A stretch of DNA of 64,000 bases. Origin: an uncultured Verrucomicrobiae bacterium (GTDB lineage Bacteria; Verrucomicrobiota; Verrucomicrobiia; Limisphaerales; Palsa-1400). The translations under genes were made by a program, and so were the position numbers. Under the pieces are notes generated by a model. That model was not told the origin of the DNA, did no database searches, and was given only the letters and a program-made list of their open reading frames with translations. This document shows, piece after piece, positions 39,461 through 49,357 of this stretch. The stretch covers positions 512,001 to 576,000 of the forward strand of contig CAVXRD010000001.1 in NCBI GenBank assembly GCA_963764165.1, read 5' to 3'. The first letter of the stretch is position 1; the number at the start of each line of letters is the position of its first letter.

Positions 39461-40491
39461 AAATGTCTGCTAATACTCTCGGCCATCGCGGTGAGCGGAT
39501 ACGCCCCGTCGCTCAGGCCCGACTCCGCTACCGCGCGGGGCATGCCGAACACAATGCAGGATTCCTCCGCCTCGGTCAAGACGATGCCTCCCCGGGATTT
39601 TACCCATGCCGCGCCTTCGCGGCCGTCGTCGCCCATGCCCGTCATGACAATCGCCAGCACCCGCGAGCCGAAACTTTCGGCGGCCGATTGAAACAGCACA
39701 TCCACCGACGGGCGATGCGGTTTGTTGCTGGGATTTAAAGTCAAATCCATCACCGGCGCGCCGTCCAGACCTTTTTTCAACCGGAGGTGCATTCCCGCCT
39801 TCGCAATGGCCACCGTGCCCGCTCGCAGAGGTTGGTTCTGAGACGCCTCAATGACGTTTAGCTTTGATATGGCGTTCAGCTTCTCGGCAAATAATGCGGT
39901 GTAACCTTCCGGCATGTGGAGCACCACCGCGACCGGAGCCGGAAAATCTTCCGGGAACTGCGGGATAAGATACCGCAGCGCCTGCGGGCCGCCCGTGGAA
40001 ATTCCCAGGACCACCACATCCACGCCGCTGGCCTGCCGGATGCACAATGGCGGCACGGCGGATTGGGCGAGCGGATGGATGGATCGCTTGGGCGCGCGCG
40101 CCGCTTCCTTCACCTTCTCCTTCAATTCCTCGCGCACTTTCCGCAAATCATCGCTCGCGCTGGCCGTCGGCTTTTGCACGAAATCGACCGCGCCGGCCTC
40201 AATCGCGGCGAGCGCGGGCGCGCAATCCTCGGGCGCGGAAGTCAGCATGAGAATCGGCACCGGGCAGACTTCCATTTGCCGGCGCACGAATTCCACGCCA
40301 TCCATGCGCGGCATGGTGAGGTCGCATGTGATGACATCCGGCTTCAGCGCCGCCGCCATCGCCAAGCCATCTTCCCCATCCCGCGCCGCGCCCACGACTT
40401 CGATGAACGGGCTGCCAGAAAGCATTTCCATGACGACCTTCCGCACGAACGCGGAATCGTCAATAATTAAAACTCGAACCAGAGCGGGCAT
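39457..40491 (-). CDS. cheB: Chemotaxis methylesterase (REC-CheB)
   Basis: GISTGGP, VLHMP, RPSVDVLF, TGMGDDG. Confidence 0.95.
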   Translation of the reverse strand: MPALVRVLIIDDSAFVRKVVMEMLSGSPFIEVVGAARDGEDGLAMAAALKPDVITCDLTMPRMDGVEFVRRQMEVCPVPILMLTSAPEDCAPALAAIEAGAVDFVQKPTASASDDLRKVREELKEKVKEAARAPKRSIHPLAQSAVPPLCIRQASGVDVVVLGISTGGPQALRYLIPQFPEDFPAPVAVVLHMPEGYTALFAEKLNAISKLNVIEASQNQPLRAGTVAIAKAGMHLRLKKGLDGAPVMDLTLNPSNKPHRPSVDVLFQSAAESFGSRVLAIVMTGMGDDGREGAAWVKSRGGIVLTEAEESCIVFGMPRAVAESGLSDGAYPLTAMAESISRHL

Positions 40492-40503
40492 AACTCAAAA
40501 AAG

Positions 40504-41343
40504 CTAGATGCGGCGGTAAACGAAGACTTCCCCCATCTCGCACAATTCATACTCCACTGTCAGCCGCAACAGGGATTCCGCTGCTCCAACAAATAAATAA
40601 CCACCGGGCGCCATGCGGGCCGCAAATGAGGCCAGCGCCAGGCGAATGGAGTGGCGGGAAAAATAAATGAAAACGTTGCGGCAAAAGACGGCATGGGAGC
40701 GCGCCAGTGGCGCAATTTCGCTCGCCGCCATCAAATTTGCCTGCTGAAAAATCACGCGCCTCGTCACTTCCGGCGCAAGCTGCCAGCCGCCTTCCACAGC
40801 CTTGAAGTATTTATAACGGAGTTCCGGCGGCATCGAGCGAAAGGATTTCTCCCGGTAAACCGCCCTCTTGGCCATCTCCAGCGCGGCGATGCTGGCGTCG
40901 CTGGCATTTATCTCAATCGGATGGCCGCCCCACCCGGCCTCCATCAGGGCGATGGCGATGGTGTAGGGTTCCTCGCCGGACGCGCAGGCGGCGCACCACA
41001 CGCGCAGCGGAGCGCTGGTCTTCTGGAACCATGCCGGAACGATCTTCTTGACGAACACGTCGATCTGCCCAAATTCCCGCCAGAAATAAGTCTCCAAAAC
41101 GGACAGCGCGTCCATGACCCGCCCCCAATCCGCATTGCCGTTTTCGCGATATTTCAGCAGGTAATAGTAATCGAGAAATGAAGCGCAGCCGCGCTCCGCC
41201 GCCAGCGGGCGAATTTTGTCCAGGAGCACGTCGAAACGATCCGGCTCAAACAAAATGCCGGTGTTCTCGTGGACAAGCGAACTCAAAAGTTCGGCTGTCC
41301 CCGGCGGCGCGGACAGGGGCAAGTGCTCAATTTCCTCTCGCAT
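40504..41343 (-). CDS. cheR: Chemotaxis methyltransferase
   Basis: ETYFWRE, VWCAACASGEEPYT, FCRNVFIYF, GAAESL. Confidence 0.95.
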   Translation of the reverse strand: MREEIEHLPLSAPPGTAELLSSLVHENTGILFEPDRFDVLLDKIRPLAAERGCASFLDYYYLLKYRENGNADWGRVMDALSVLETYFWREFGQIDVFVKKIVPAWFQKTSAPLRVWCAACASGEEPYTIAIALMEAGWGGHPIEINASDASIAALEMAKRAVYREKSFRSMPPELRYKYFKAVEGGWQLAPEVTRRVIFQQANLMAASEIAPLARSHAVFCRNVFIYFSRHSIRLALASFAARMAPGGYLFVGAAESLLRLTVEYELCEMGEVFVYRRI

Positions 41344-41352
41344 TGAATTTGG

Positions 41353-43347
41353 TTAAGCGGATTTTGGCGGGGCGGACCGGGCCGGGGCAGGCGCTCCCGG
41401 GGAAGCAGCACTTTTGGCGGCGGGCTTCGACTCGGCTGCCATTTCCGCGGCAGCGATTTCGCACATCCGCTGAATCTCGGCGGCGCGGCCTGTCACGGCG
41501 CCAGCGCGGGCAGACTGTGTTTTGTTGCCGTGCGAAATGCCTTTGATCTGCTTCGACACATTGCCCGTCGAGGTCGAAATATTCTTGACGGCCTTGGCCT
41601 GCTCCTCCAGGGCCCGGGCGGCTTGCGCGCTTTGCAAACGGATGCTGTCGGCGGCGGTCGTGATCTCCCGGGCGTCAGCCGCCTGGCCGGAGATCGATTT
41701 GCTGACGCGCACGATCAGGTTGACAAGCTTGTCTGTTTCGCGGGAAACCTGCTCCGCCGCCTTGGATTGCTCGGCCAGGGATCGTGCTGTTGACACGGAG
41801 CTTTGCCGCATCGACGAAATGGATTGGGCAATTTGCTGGGTGCCCGCGGATTGCTCCTTCATCGCCTTGCGCAATTGCTCGGCGATGCTGGAAGTCGATT
41901 GGGCGGCCTTGATGATTTCGCGGCCGGCCCGGCCCTGCTCATTCATGGCCTGGGCCACCTCGCGGGAGGCCTTGCGCATGTGAGCCGTGGCCTGGACAAT
42001 CTGGGTGGCGCCCTTGGCTTGCTCGGCCGTTCCCAAGGCGATCTGCCTCGACTGGGTGGAGGTGGCCGAAATAGCCTCGGTGACGCGTTTGGCCGCGAGG
42101 ATTTGCTCCTGCGTGGCGCGGTTGATTTGTGAAATGAGGGTGGCGCTTTCATCCACGCCTGACAAAATGATTTTCAACCCACCCAGGCCGCTTTCCGACT
42201 GCCGGGTGCTTTCCTCCGCAATCCGCATGCCCTGGCTGGCGCTTTCGGTGGCTTCGCGGGTGGCATCCTCAAGGCCGCGCACAATTTCCGAAATGTCCGC
42301 TGTGGCCTTGGCGCAGCGGTCGGCGAGATTGCGGATTTCCTCGGCCACCACGGCGAATCCGCGCCCGGCGTCCCCGGCCCGGGCGGCTTCGATTGATGCA
42401 TTCAACGAAAGCAAGTTCGTGCGCTCGGCAATTAAATTGATCGTGGCCACAATCCCGGAAATATCGCGGGTGCGCTTGTTCAGTTCCCGCATGACGCCGG
42501 CGCTTTGGGTCATGGCGGCGGAAACGCGGCCAATGCCCTTGATGGATTCCTGGATCACTTGCCCGCCTTCGTTGGCCTGCCGCGCGACGCGCGTGCTGAT
42601 TTCTTCTGTCCTCTTGACAAGCTCCGCCACTGACGCGCTCGATCTCTCCATTTGGGTGGAGGTCGTGGCGGATTCGCCCGCCAGTTGCGTGATGCGCTCG
42701 CTGTTTTGCGCGACGCCCTGGATTGAACGGGCCATTTCTTCAATCGAGGTCGATGTTTCCTCAATGGACGACGTCAGGCTCTCGGACATTCCAGCGACTT
42801 CCTCAATCGAAGTGGCCAGTTCATTGATCGAAGTGGAAGTTTCCTCGGCAGCCACGCTCAAGTCGTCCGCGTTCTTGGCCACTCCCGCGCTCGAACGGCT
42901 CAATTCCTCCACGGAAGTTCCCGCTTCCGCCAGCGCCGAAGCCACGTCCTCGCCATCTTCGCTGATGCGTTTAATGGAGGCGGTCGTTTCGGTCATAGCC
43001 GAACTGATCGATTGCGCCCCAACGGACATCTCCTGAGTCTCCGCCGAGACGGATTGGAGCGATTGCGTCATCTGCTTGATCGAAACGGTCGTCTGCGCCG
43101 CCGCGCCCGCCAATTGCGCCGTGTTGGCGGTGACCTGCTCAATCGAGGCCGCTAATTCATTGATGCTCGAGCTGGTCGACTCGGCTGAAGATGCGAGTGA
43201 CTCGGCTTGGGTCGCGGTTTCGGCCAGGGACGAGGCCAATTCCGCTGTTTGCTTGGTGATTTCGGAGACGGATTCCGACATCTTGGCAAAGCTATGGTCT
43301 CGGCCCGTGCCAGCCGCTCCGTTCATGGTTGGTTTTTGCTTTGGCAT
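41353..43347 (-). CDS. Cytoplasmic methyl-accepting chemotaxis protein with no TM or obvious sensor domain
   Basis: [37 protein letters not shown] core flanked by long heptad repeats. Confidence 0.93.
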   Translation of the reverse strand: MPKQKPTMNGAAGTGRDHSFAKMSESVSEITKQTAELASSLAETATQAESLASSAESTSSSINELAASIEQVTANTAQLAGAAAQTTVSIKQMTQSLQSVSAETQEMSVGAQSISSAMTETTASIKRISEDGEDVASALAEAGTSVEELSRSSAGVAKNADDLSVAAEETSTSINELATSIEEVAGMSESLTSSIEETSTSIEEMARSIQGVAQNSERITQLAGESATTSTQMERSSASVAELVKRTEEISTRVARQANEGGQVIQESIKGIGRVSAAMTQSAGVMRELNKRTRDISGIVATINLIAERTNLLSLNASIEAARAGDAGRGFAVVAEEIRNLADRCAKATADISEIVRGLEDATREATESASQGMRIAEESTRQSESGLGGLKIILSGVDESATLISQINRATQEQILAAKRVTEAISATSTQSRQIALGTAEQAKGATQIVQATAHMRKASREVAQAMNEQGRAGREIIKAAQSTSSIAEQLRKAMKEQSAGTQQIAQSISSMRQSSVSTARSLAEQSKAAEQVSRETDKLVNLIVRVSKSISGQAADAREITTAADSIRLQSAQAARALEEQAKAVKNISTSTGNVSKQIKGISHGNKTQSARAGAVTGRAAEIQRMCEIAAAEMAAESKPAAKSAASPGAPAPARSAPPKSA

Positions 43348-43355
43348 AATTAAAG

Positions 43356-43841
43356 TTAAGCTGTTGTTTGCGCTTCGACGGCAACCGGCCCAACCGCGTC
43401 AGGCATTGGAGCGGGCTCCATGGAATCGACGTCCAGTATGGCGTCCAATTCCACCAGGAGAATAAGGCGGTCACCTACCTTGGCAACGGCCTTCAAATAA
43501 TTGCCGCTGATGCCGGTCAAGGTCTGTTCGATGGGGCGAATCGATTTTTCCGTGAGGGAAATAAATTCGCGGGCGGAATCCGCAATCAATCCCACCACGC
43601 GGTCTCGCACTTGCACAAATACAAGGCGGGTGCGGGCGTCGAACGGCGCGCGCGGCAATCCAAAGCGGGTGCGCAAATTCAACGCGGGAATCACCTGGCC
43701 GCGGGAAAAAACCACGCCGTCGATGGCCGGATTGGCGTTCGGCACGACGGTGACGTGCTCCATCATTTCGATGTGGCGCACGTCCGCGCTGTCCACGCCG
43801 TAGGTGGATCCGCCCACTTCAAATAAGATAAATTTTTTCAT
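43356..43841 (-). CDS. cheW: Chemotaxis coupling protein
   Basis: VTVVPNA...[11 protein letters not shown]...VGLIAD. Confidence 0.92.
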   Translation of the reverse strand: MKKFILFEVGGSTYGVDSADVRHIEMMEHVTVVPNANPAIDGVVFSRGQVIPALNLRTRFGLPRAPFDARTRLVFVQVRDRVVGLIADSAREFISLTEKSIRPIEQTLTGISGNYLKAVAKVGDRLILLVELDAILDVDSMEPAPMPDAVGPVAVEAQTTA

Positions 43842-45796
43842 TCGACCAAATTCGCGCCTGATTCCGCATCGGTTTCGGCGTCGGCAATTTGCGGGCGCAC
43901 CGCGCCGCGCGTCAGATGCTCGCCGTCCAAAATTAAAACAGGCTTGCCGTCGCCCAGCTCCGTCGCGCCAATGATCCCCGGCGCCTGGCCGAGCGGATCA
44001 CGAATGGCGCGCACCACCACTTCCTTCTGGCCGTGGATTTTGTCAACAATTAAACCGTTGCGCCCCCGATCCGAGCGCAGCACCAGCAGGCAGAGCCGGG
44101 GCAGCGTTGAGGGCGGCAAACGAAACATTGACGATAAGCGCGTTACTGGCAAGGCGCTGTTTCGATAAGGAATCATCTCCACCCGGTTGATCATGCGAAT
44201 ATCCTCAGGCTGCACGTGCATGACTTCGCTGACAAAACTCTGCGGAATCGCGCACGTCTGGCTTGCGGCCGAAACAATCAGGGCCTCGGCAATGGCCAGC
44301 GTCAGGGGCAGCCGCAGGATGAATCGCGTCCCCTTCCCCAGTTCCGATTCCAGGCTGAAGCGGCCACCCAAATCGCGCAGCGTCTCCGCCACCACGCCCA
44401 TGCCCACGCCCCGGCCGGCGGCGCGATCCGCGTCGTCGCGCGTGGAAAAGCCCTGCATGCAAAGAATGTTCAGCAGCGCCGTTGAATCGATGGCCTGGGG
44501 AACTTGCAATCCTTGCGAGCGGGCGCGATTGACCACGGCCTCCGCATCAACACCGCGGCCGTCGTCGAAAACTTCGATCAACGCGGAATCGCCGCTGCTG
44601 GAAGCGCGAAGGGTGATGGTCGCTTCCGGCGATTTTCCGGCGGCGGTGCGTTCCTCCGGTGTTTCCACGCCGTGGCTGAAGGCGTTGCGGACCAAATGCA
44701 GCAAAGGATCTTTCAACCGCTCAAGGACATATTTGTCCATTTCGGTGTTCTGCCCTTCCAAAACGAGCCGCGCCTTTTTGTTCGATTCGCGCGCCAGATC
44801 GCGCACCACGAACGGCATGCGCGCAAAAATTTCCGACACTGGCACCATCCGCACCCGCATGATCGACTCACGCAATTCCCGCAGCGATTGCCCGAGCGAT
44901 TGGTTGAATTCCTGCAAGATGCCGACGTCGATGCTTCCGCCGGTCCGCTTGGCCTGGTTCAACTTTTCTTCAAAACGAGACCGGCAAATGACGAGTTCGC
45001 CGTTGATGCGCATCAATTCGTCGAGCCGGTTCAAGTCCACCCGCATGACGTGCGACGGGGAAAGAAATGGCGTGGCGGCCGCGCTTTTGCCGGCGGGAGC
45101 GGGCTCCTCTTTTTCCACCGCTGCAGGGGCGGCGGGCGCCGACGAGCTTCGGCCCATTTCTTGCGCGGCAATTCCGTCCGCTTCCCATGCTGCCACGTCG
45201 CCGATGGGGTGGCGCGCGTGAACGACAAATTCAAAACTCAATTCACCGCCGCCCGTGACTTTCGGCGCTGCCTCGACAATGTCGCCGATGGCCGCGATGC
45301 GCGCCCGCACGGTATTAATATTGACGCCGCGATCGTCCAATTCGCGCTTCGGGCGAAAGGCAAATTTCCAAACTGGCAGCGTGGCGGAGGCCGAATGCGC
45401 CGCCATTTCACGGAGCGAGGCGAGGAGAAAATCGATGTTGGGAATGGGAGCTTCGTTGCGCACCGCGAGGACCATTTCCTCGAGCTTTTGCGCGGAGTCC
45501 ATCAGGACATCGAGGACGCGGTTATTGATCGTCGAATCACCGCGCTTGAACCCGAGAAAAAATTCCTCGGCCGCATGGGCCAATTCTTCCGCCGCCCTCA
45601 GCCCAACGATGGCGGAGATTCCTTTGAAGGAATGGAAATTGCGGAAAAGATCGTCGATCACCGCAGGGTCAAATTGCCCGGTGGAATGCTCGAGGCTGGC
45701 CAGAGCTTCGCGAATGGCCCTCAAATGCTCGTCGCCCTCGGCGCAAAAATCGTCGACAAGCTCCCGCTGGATAGTTGGTTTTGAGTCCGAGCTCAA
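43838..45796 (-). CDS. cheA: Chemotaxis histidine kinase
   Basis: Hpt FRNFHSFKG, HLVRNAFSHGVE, DDGRG, GRGVGM, LPLTLAI; TTG 45796 overlaps the upstream TGA. Confidence 0.93.
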   Translation of the reverse strand: MSSDSKPTIQRELVDDFCAEGDEHLRAIREALASLEHSTGQFDPAVIDDLFRNFHSFKGISAIVGLRAAEELAHAAEEFFLGFKRGDSTINNRVLDVLMDSAQKLEEMVLAVRNEAPIPNIDFLLASLREMAAHSASATLPVWKFAFRPKRELDDRGVNINTVRARIAAIGDIVEAAPKVTGGGELSFEFVVHARHPIGDVAAWEADGIAAQEMGRSSSAPAAPAAVEKEEPAPAGKSAAATPFLSPSHVMRVDLNRLDELMRINGELVICRSRFEEKLNQAKRTGGSIDVGILQEFNQSLGQSLRELRESIMRVRMVPVSEIFARMPFVVRDLARESNKKARLVLEGQNTEMDKYVLERLKDPLLHLVRNAFSHGVETPEERTAAGKSPEATITLRASSSGDSALIEVFDDGRGVDAEAVVNRARSQGLQVPQAIDSTALLNILCMQGFSTRDDADRAAGRGVGMGVVAETLRDLGGRFSLESELGKGTRFILRLPLTLAIAEALIVSAASQTCAIPQSFVSEVMHVQPEDIRMINRVEMIPYRNSALPVTRLSSMFRLPPSTLPRLCLLVLRSDRGRNGLIVDKIHGQKEVVVRAIRDPLGQAPGIIGATELGDGKPVLILDGEHLTRGAVRPQIADAETDAESGANLVE

Positions 45797-46215
45797 ATCG
45801 TTCCTTGGCCGTGCTGTCGTGCAACCGGATCCTGAACCCTCCCGAGCCACAATAATATCCGCTCGGGGGTAATAGGTTTGACGAGATAATCGGAAGCGCC
45901 AAGGTCGCGGGCGCGCCTTTTGTCCGATTCCTGGTTTGATCCGCTGAGCACTACAACCGGAATCGATTGCATGAGCGGCTGGGATCGAAGCCATTCCAGC
46001 ACTTCAAACCCGTCGACCACCGGCATCTTGAGATCAAGAAAAATGAGGGAGGGGAGCATGCTGCTTTCGCATTGCCCCAAATATTCGACGGCAGTCTGGC
46101 CATCCATGACATGCTTCACTTCGCACGGGATGGTGGCTTTCTCAACTGCCCGTTGGAAAAAAAAGGAGTCATCCTCCGAGTCTTCCACAAGCAGCACCAT
46201 TTGGGCAGAATTCAT
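45793..46215 (-). CDS. Single-domain response regulator (Rcp1-like)
   Basis: LLVEDSEDD...LIFLDLKMP...LSGS...YLVKP. Confidence 0.9.
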   Translation of the reverse strand: MNSAQMVLLVEDSEDDSFFFQRAVEKATIPCEVKHVMDGQTAVEYLGQCESSMLPSLIFLDLKMPVVDGFEVLEWLRSQPLMQSIPVVVLSGSNQESDKRRARDLGASDYLVKPITPERILLWLGRVQDPVARQHGQGTI

Positions 46216-46384
46216 TTTTGATCAATCTCTTCGCCTGCGCGCACCTCCTGCGGGGGACAGGCCGTGCAAATCGCGATGCAGCTCGCGCCAGTATCGCGGT
46301 GCGACGGTACATACAGTGCATTTTTCCCGCGATTTTGCAAGAAGTATTCCCGCGGCAGGGACGCCGGGGCGCAAATCAAGTTTT

Positions 46385-46493
46385 GGCAGGGACGCCTCGC
46401 CGAGCGCCGAGGCGTCCGGGGCAAGGCATTATTCATACGCATACCGCAGCATTAATCCCGCGCAACCGGACGCCTCGGAGAGGCGCCCCTGCC
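46385..46493. repeat. REPIN (GCAG variant with a 7-nt internal duplication)
   Basis: GGCAGGGACGCCTCGCCGAGCGCCGAGGCGTCCGG ... CCGGACGCCTCGGAGAGGCGCCCCTGCC. Confidence 0.75.
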
Positions 46494-46653
46494 TTTCAGA
46501 GGGCTTGTCAAAATTTGATTTGCGCTCGGAAGCCTCTCCTGCATTCGTAGGTTTAGGGCAGGAAGGCCAAGACATCTGCTTTGAGGCGTTATTCATGCCA
46601 TCTCCGTTTTTTCGCGCAAAATACAGTGCTGGAAGTGAAGGCGGTTGGAGCGC

Positions 46654-46959
46654 ATGATTTCGTCGATGATTCGCAGGTTCTGGCCAAAATTTTTCTTGTA
46701 TGCCGCGGCGCTTTCGGTGCCTCCCGTTTGCGTTGCCGTCTTTTCCAGGCTCGATGCCCTCAGCGCGGTTCTGCTCGGGGGATGGGCCGGCATTGCGGCG
46801 GCGGTCGCATGCACCATTTGGATGGTGCGCGATTCGAAGGCCAGGGGCTGGCGCGCCGCGTTATTGTATGTGGGCGTTGGAATGGCGCTTTGCGCCCTGA
46901 GTCTTGCCTCGACGTTCATCAGCTATTTCCTGGGGCCGGGCGCCTCGATTCCAAATTGA
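46654..46959 (+). CDS. Small ~3-TM membrane protein (divergent member of the local family)
   Basis: Three hydrophobic stretches; AAALSVPP resembles the ALSP motif of the downstream paralogs; ends 3 nt before the rSAM start. Confidence 0.65.
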   Translation: MISSMIRRFWPKFFLYAAALSVPPVCVAVFSRLDALSAVLLGGWAGIAAAVACTIWMVRDSKARGWRAALLYVGVGMALCALSLASTFISYFLGPGASIPN

Positions 46960-46962
46960 AGC

Positions 46963-48339
46963 ATGAGCGCGCCGAAATCCAGTTTCCCGCCGCGATTGGA
47001 ACTCGTGGACAAGATACTGAAGCGCACCATGTCCCGCTGCCCGATTTGTCACGCGCGCTGCTCCGCTGAAGTGTGGCGCACCGGCGGCATTCCCTCCAAA
47101 ATCCTGCTCACGCGCCTGTGTGCCACCCACGGTCCCGCAACGGTTTGCATCGCTTCCGACGCCCGATTCTACTGGCTCTCGCGCGGCAAAGACGCGAATT
47201 CGCGCTGCCCCGCCCAGGCCTGCCGCGCGTCCGACGAAGCCCCGGCGGGAACGCTCGGGCGAAACGCGGAACCGGGCGATGCGCTCGGCGTGCAGGAAAA
47301 ACTTTCTACTTGTCTTGCGCTGATCGAGATAGTGAACTCGTGCAACCTCGCCTGCCCAACTTGTTACGCCGATTCGCCCGTCGGCGCGGGCGCAGAAGTG
47401 GACGCGGTTCCGGTGGAGGATTTGAAACGCCGCATCCAAGGCGTGGTGGATCGCAAAGGAAACATCGAAATCCTCCAGCTTTCCGGCGGCGAACCGACGC
47501 TGCATCCGCAATTCTTCGAGATGCTGCGCTGGCTGCAGGATCATCCGAGCATTGATTACGTTCTGTTGAATACCAATGGCGTCCGCATTGCCAACGACGA
47601 AGAGTTCACGCGCGAACTTGCCTCAGCCTTTCACTACGGAGCGTTCCAACTCTATTTGCAATTCGACGGCCCGCAGGAGGAAGGCCAGCGGTTCCTGCGC
47701 GGCGGAGATTTCCGGCGCGTGCGCGAACAATGCCTCGAACGCTGCCGGGAAATGAACATTCCCGTGACGCTCGCCATGACGGTCACGCGCGAAAATCTTC
47801 CCTTCCTTTGGGCGTCCATCGAGTTCGGCCTGCAATATCCGAATGTTCGCGGCATCAGCTTCCAGCCCGTCTTTGGCAGCGGACGCATCCCAAAACTCGA
47901 CGAGGCGCCGCTGAACACGGCGGACATCATTCTGGGCGCGGTCGGGCAGTCGGGCGGCGGCCTTCGTTTCGACGACTTCACGCCGCTGCCGTGCGGCGAT
48001 CCAAATTGCGCTACCATCGGCTACCTTCTGAAAGTGGACGGCAAAGTGCGCTCGGTCAGCGACTTCATCGATTTCACCGCGGTGCAGGGATTTCTTCATG
48101 ACAAGGTTCGATACAAGCTGGAGGATTTGATGAAATGCGGCTGCGAATCTGAGCCGCTGGGCGACCTCCTCAAGAAATTCGAACTCGATGAAACACATAC
48201 CTTTCGTTTGTTCATCAAACCATTCATGGACGCCTCGACCTGGGACGAGGATAGGATTGACCGTTGCTGCACGCATGTGATTCGGCCGGATGGAAAGCTG
48301 GATTCGTTTTGCAGGTATTATTCGGGGTTTAAAGCATGA
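46963..48339 (+). CDS. Radical SAM enzyme, tetraether synthase (Tes/GDGT-MAS, MJ0619)-like family
   Basis: N-terminal CPIC...CATHG metal site; CNLACPTC; SGGEPT; YLQFDG; FQP; C-terminal PLPC...RIDRCCTH...SFCRY. Confidence 0.85.
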   Translation: MSAPKSSFPPRLELVDKILKRTMSRCPICHARCSAEVWRTGGIPSKILLTRLCATHGPATVCIASDARFYWLSRGKDANSRCPAQACRASDEAPAGTLGRNAEPGDALGVQEKLSTCLALIEIVNSCNLACPTCYADSPVGAGAEVDAVPVEDLKRRIQGVVDRKGNIEILQLSGGEPTLHPQFFEMLRWLQDHPSIDYVLLNTNGVRIANDEEFTRELASAFHYGAFQLYLQFDGPQEEGQRFLRGGDFRRVREQCLERCREMNIPVTLAMTVTRENLPFLWASIEFGLQYPNVRGISFQPVFGSGRIPKLDEAPLNTADIILGAVGQSGGGLRFDDFTPLPCGDPNCATIGYLLKVDGKVRSVSDFIDFTAVQGFLHDKVRYKLEDLMKCGCESEPLGDLLKKFELDETHTFRLFIKPFMDASTWDEDRIDRCCTHVIRPDGKLDSFCRYYSGFKA

Positions 48340-48653
48340 GTGATGAGAATCCAGAGAATTCGATTCAGCGAGAAATCGCGTATGTGCTGTTGGCTTTGTC
48401 GCCTATTCCGATCTTTCTGATTGAGGCGCATTTTGCCGCCCGTCACGCAACGCAATTCATGGAGTCGCTTGTTAAAGGCACGTGTTTTCTCTACGCGCCA
48501 CTCGTTTCATTTGGAGGCGCTCATGGCATCGCTCGAAATTTGAAACCGGACGGACAGCCAAGTGGGCTCGTGACTTTCTTTGGCGGGTTGGCTTTTCTAT
48601 TTGTGAATGCCGTAGTTACCGTGGCAATCGGGTGTTCAGGCGCCCGGCTATGA
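48336..48653 (+). CDS. Small 3-TM protein with C-terminal lipobox-like AIGC
   Basis: ATGA-coupled to the rSAM gene; LLALSPIP...TCFLYAPLVS.GG...VNAVVTVAIGCSGARL. Confidence 0.75.
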   Translation: MSDENPENSIQREIAYVLLALSPIPIFLIEAHFAARHATQFMESLVKGTCFLYAPLVSFGGAHGIARNLKPDGQPSGLVTFFGGLAFLFVNAVVTVAIGCSGARL

Positions 48654-48691
48654 TGGGCGGCGTATTTCGTTGATGATTCAACTTTGCAAAG

Positions 48692-49021
48692 ATGGACAAC
48701 CAACCGATGAAGCCAAAGGGACGCTCGAAAATGGTTTGGGTGCTGGTGGCGCTTTCGCCGATCCCAATCGTGCTGATGGAATCCGGTCTCGTCTCCGCCC
48801 ATCGGATCGGTCTGCCCGTCGTAATTTTCACCTGCCTATATTTCAATGCGGCCCCCTCTCTGATCGGAGCTTTTAAACTCATTAGCGCCCGGAAGATTGA
48901 CTTGGCGGGCAGCATCTTCCTGAGTCTCCTGCTCGCGGCAGGCTTCTATGTGATTAACCTCGTCGGTGGAATTGCCGGATGCAGCATGATTACCAGCGAA
49001 GATATCTTCAAAGGGCGCTGA
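48692..49021 (+). CDS. Small 3-TM protein with C-terminal lipobox-like IAGC
   Basis: LVALSPIP...TCLYFNAAPSLIGA...INLVGGIAGCSMITSEDIFKGR. Confidence 0.75.
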   Translation: MDNQPMKPKGRSKMVWVLVALSPIPIVLMESGLVSAHRIGLPVVIFTCLYFNAAPSLIGAFKLISARKIDLAGSIFLSLLLAAGFYVINLVGGIAGCSMITSEDIFKGR

Positions 49022-49034
49022 ATTAACTCCTTTC

Positions 49035-49352
49035 ATGAACGACACCAATGCCAAAGGGAATATGAAGCCAGTGCTCATCGCGCTGTCGCCGACGCTTCTG
49101 ATCCTGTTTGCGATTGGCATGGCGGCCTTTGATTATAACGATTCGTTCTTTGTTCTTTTCATGATGTTTACCTATCTCATTTACTGCCCGTTCGTGTCGC
49201 TGCTGGGCGGGTTTCAGATAACGCGCAATCCCGTTATTGGAAGGGCCGCCCGAATTACTAGGGGATTCGGAATGGCCCTATGTTTCGTTATTTTGAATTA
49301 CATCATTGGCTTTATCGGCTGCGCAGCAGTTGACAAGGTCGCTCACCATTAA
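49035..49352 (+). CDS. Small 3-TM protein with C-terminal lipobox-like FIGC
   Basis: LIALSPTL...TYLIYCPFVSLLGG...LNYIIGFIGCAAVDKVAHH. Confidence 0.75.
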   Translation: MNDTNAKGNMKPVLIALSPTLLILFAIGMAAFDYNDSFFVLFMMFTYLIYCPFVSLLGGFQITRNPVIGRAARITRGFGMALCFVILNYIIGFIGCAAVDKVAHH

Positions 49353-49357
49353 GACCT

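Noticed and set aside
6211..45784. Long antisense or alternative-frame ORFs (e.g. 6211-8091, 37195-38562, 44504-45784)
   Set aside because: Shadow ORFs of high-GC genes with no recognisable motifs
45797..45994. N-terminal extension of CheA in the ORF track
   Set aside because: Overlaps the upstream response regulator; TTG 45796 couples to its stop and precedes the Hpt domain
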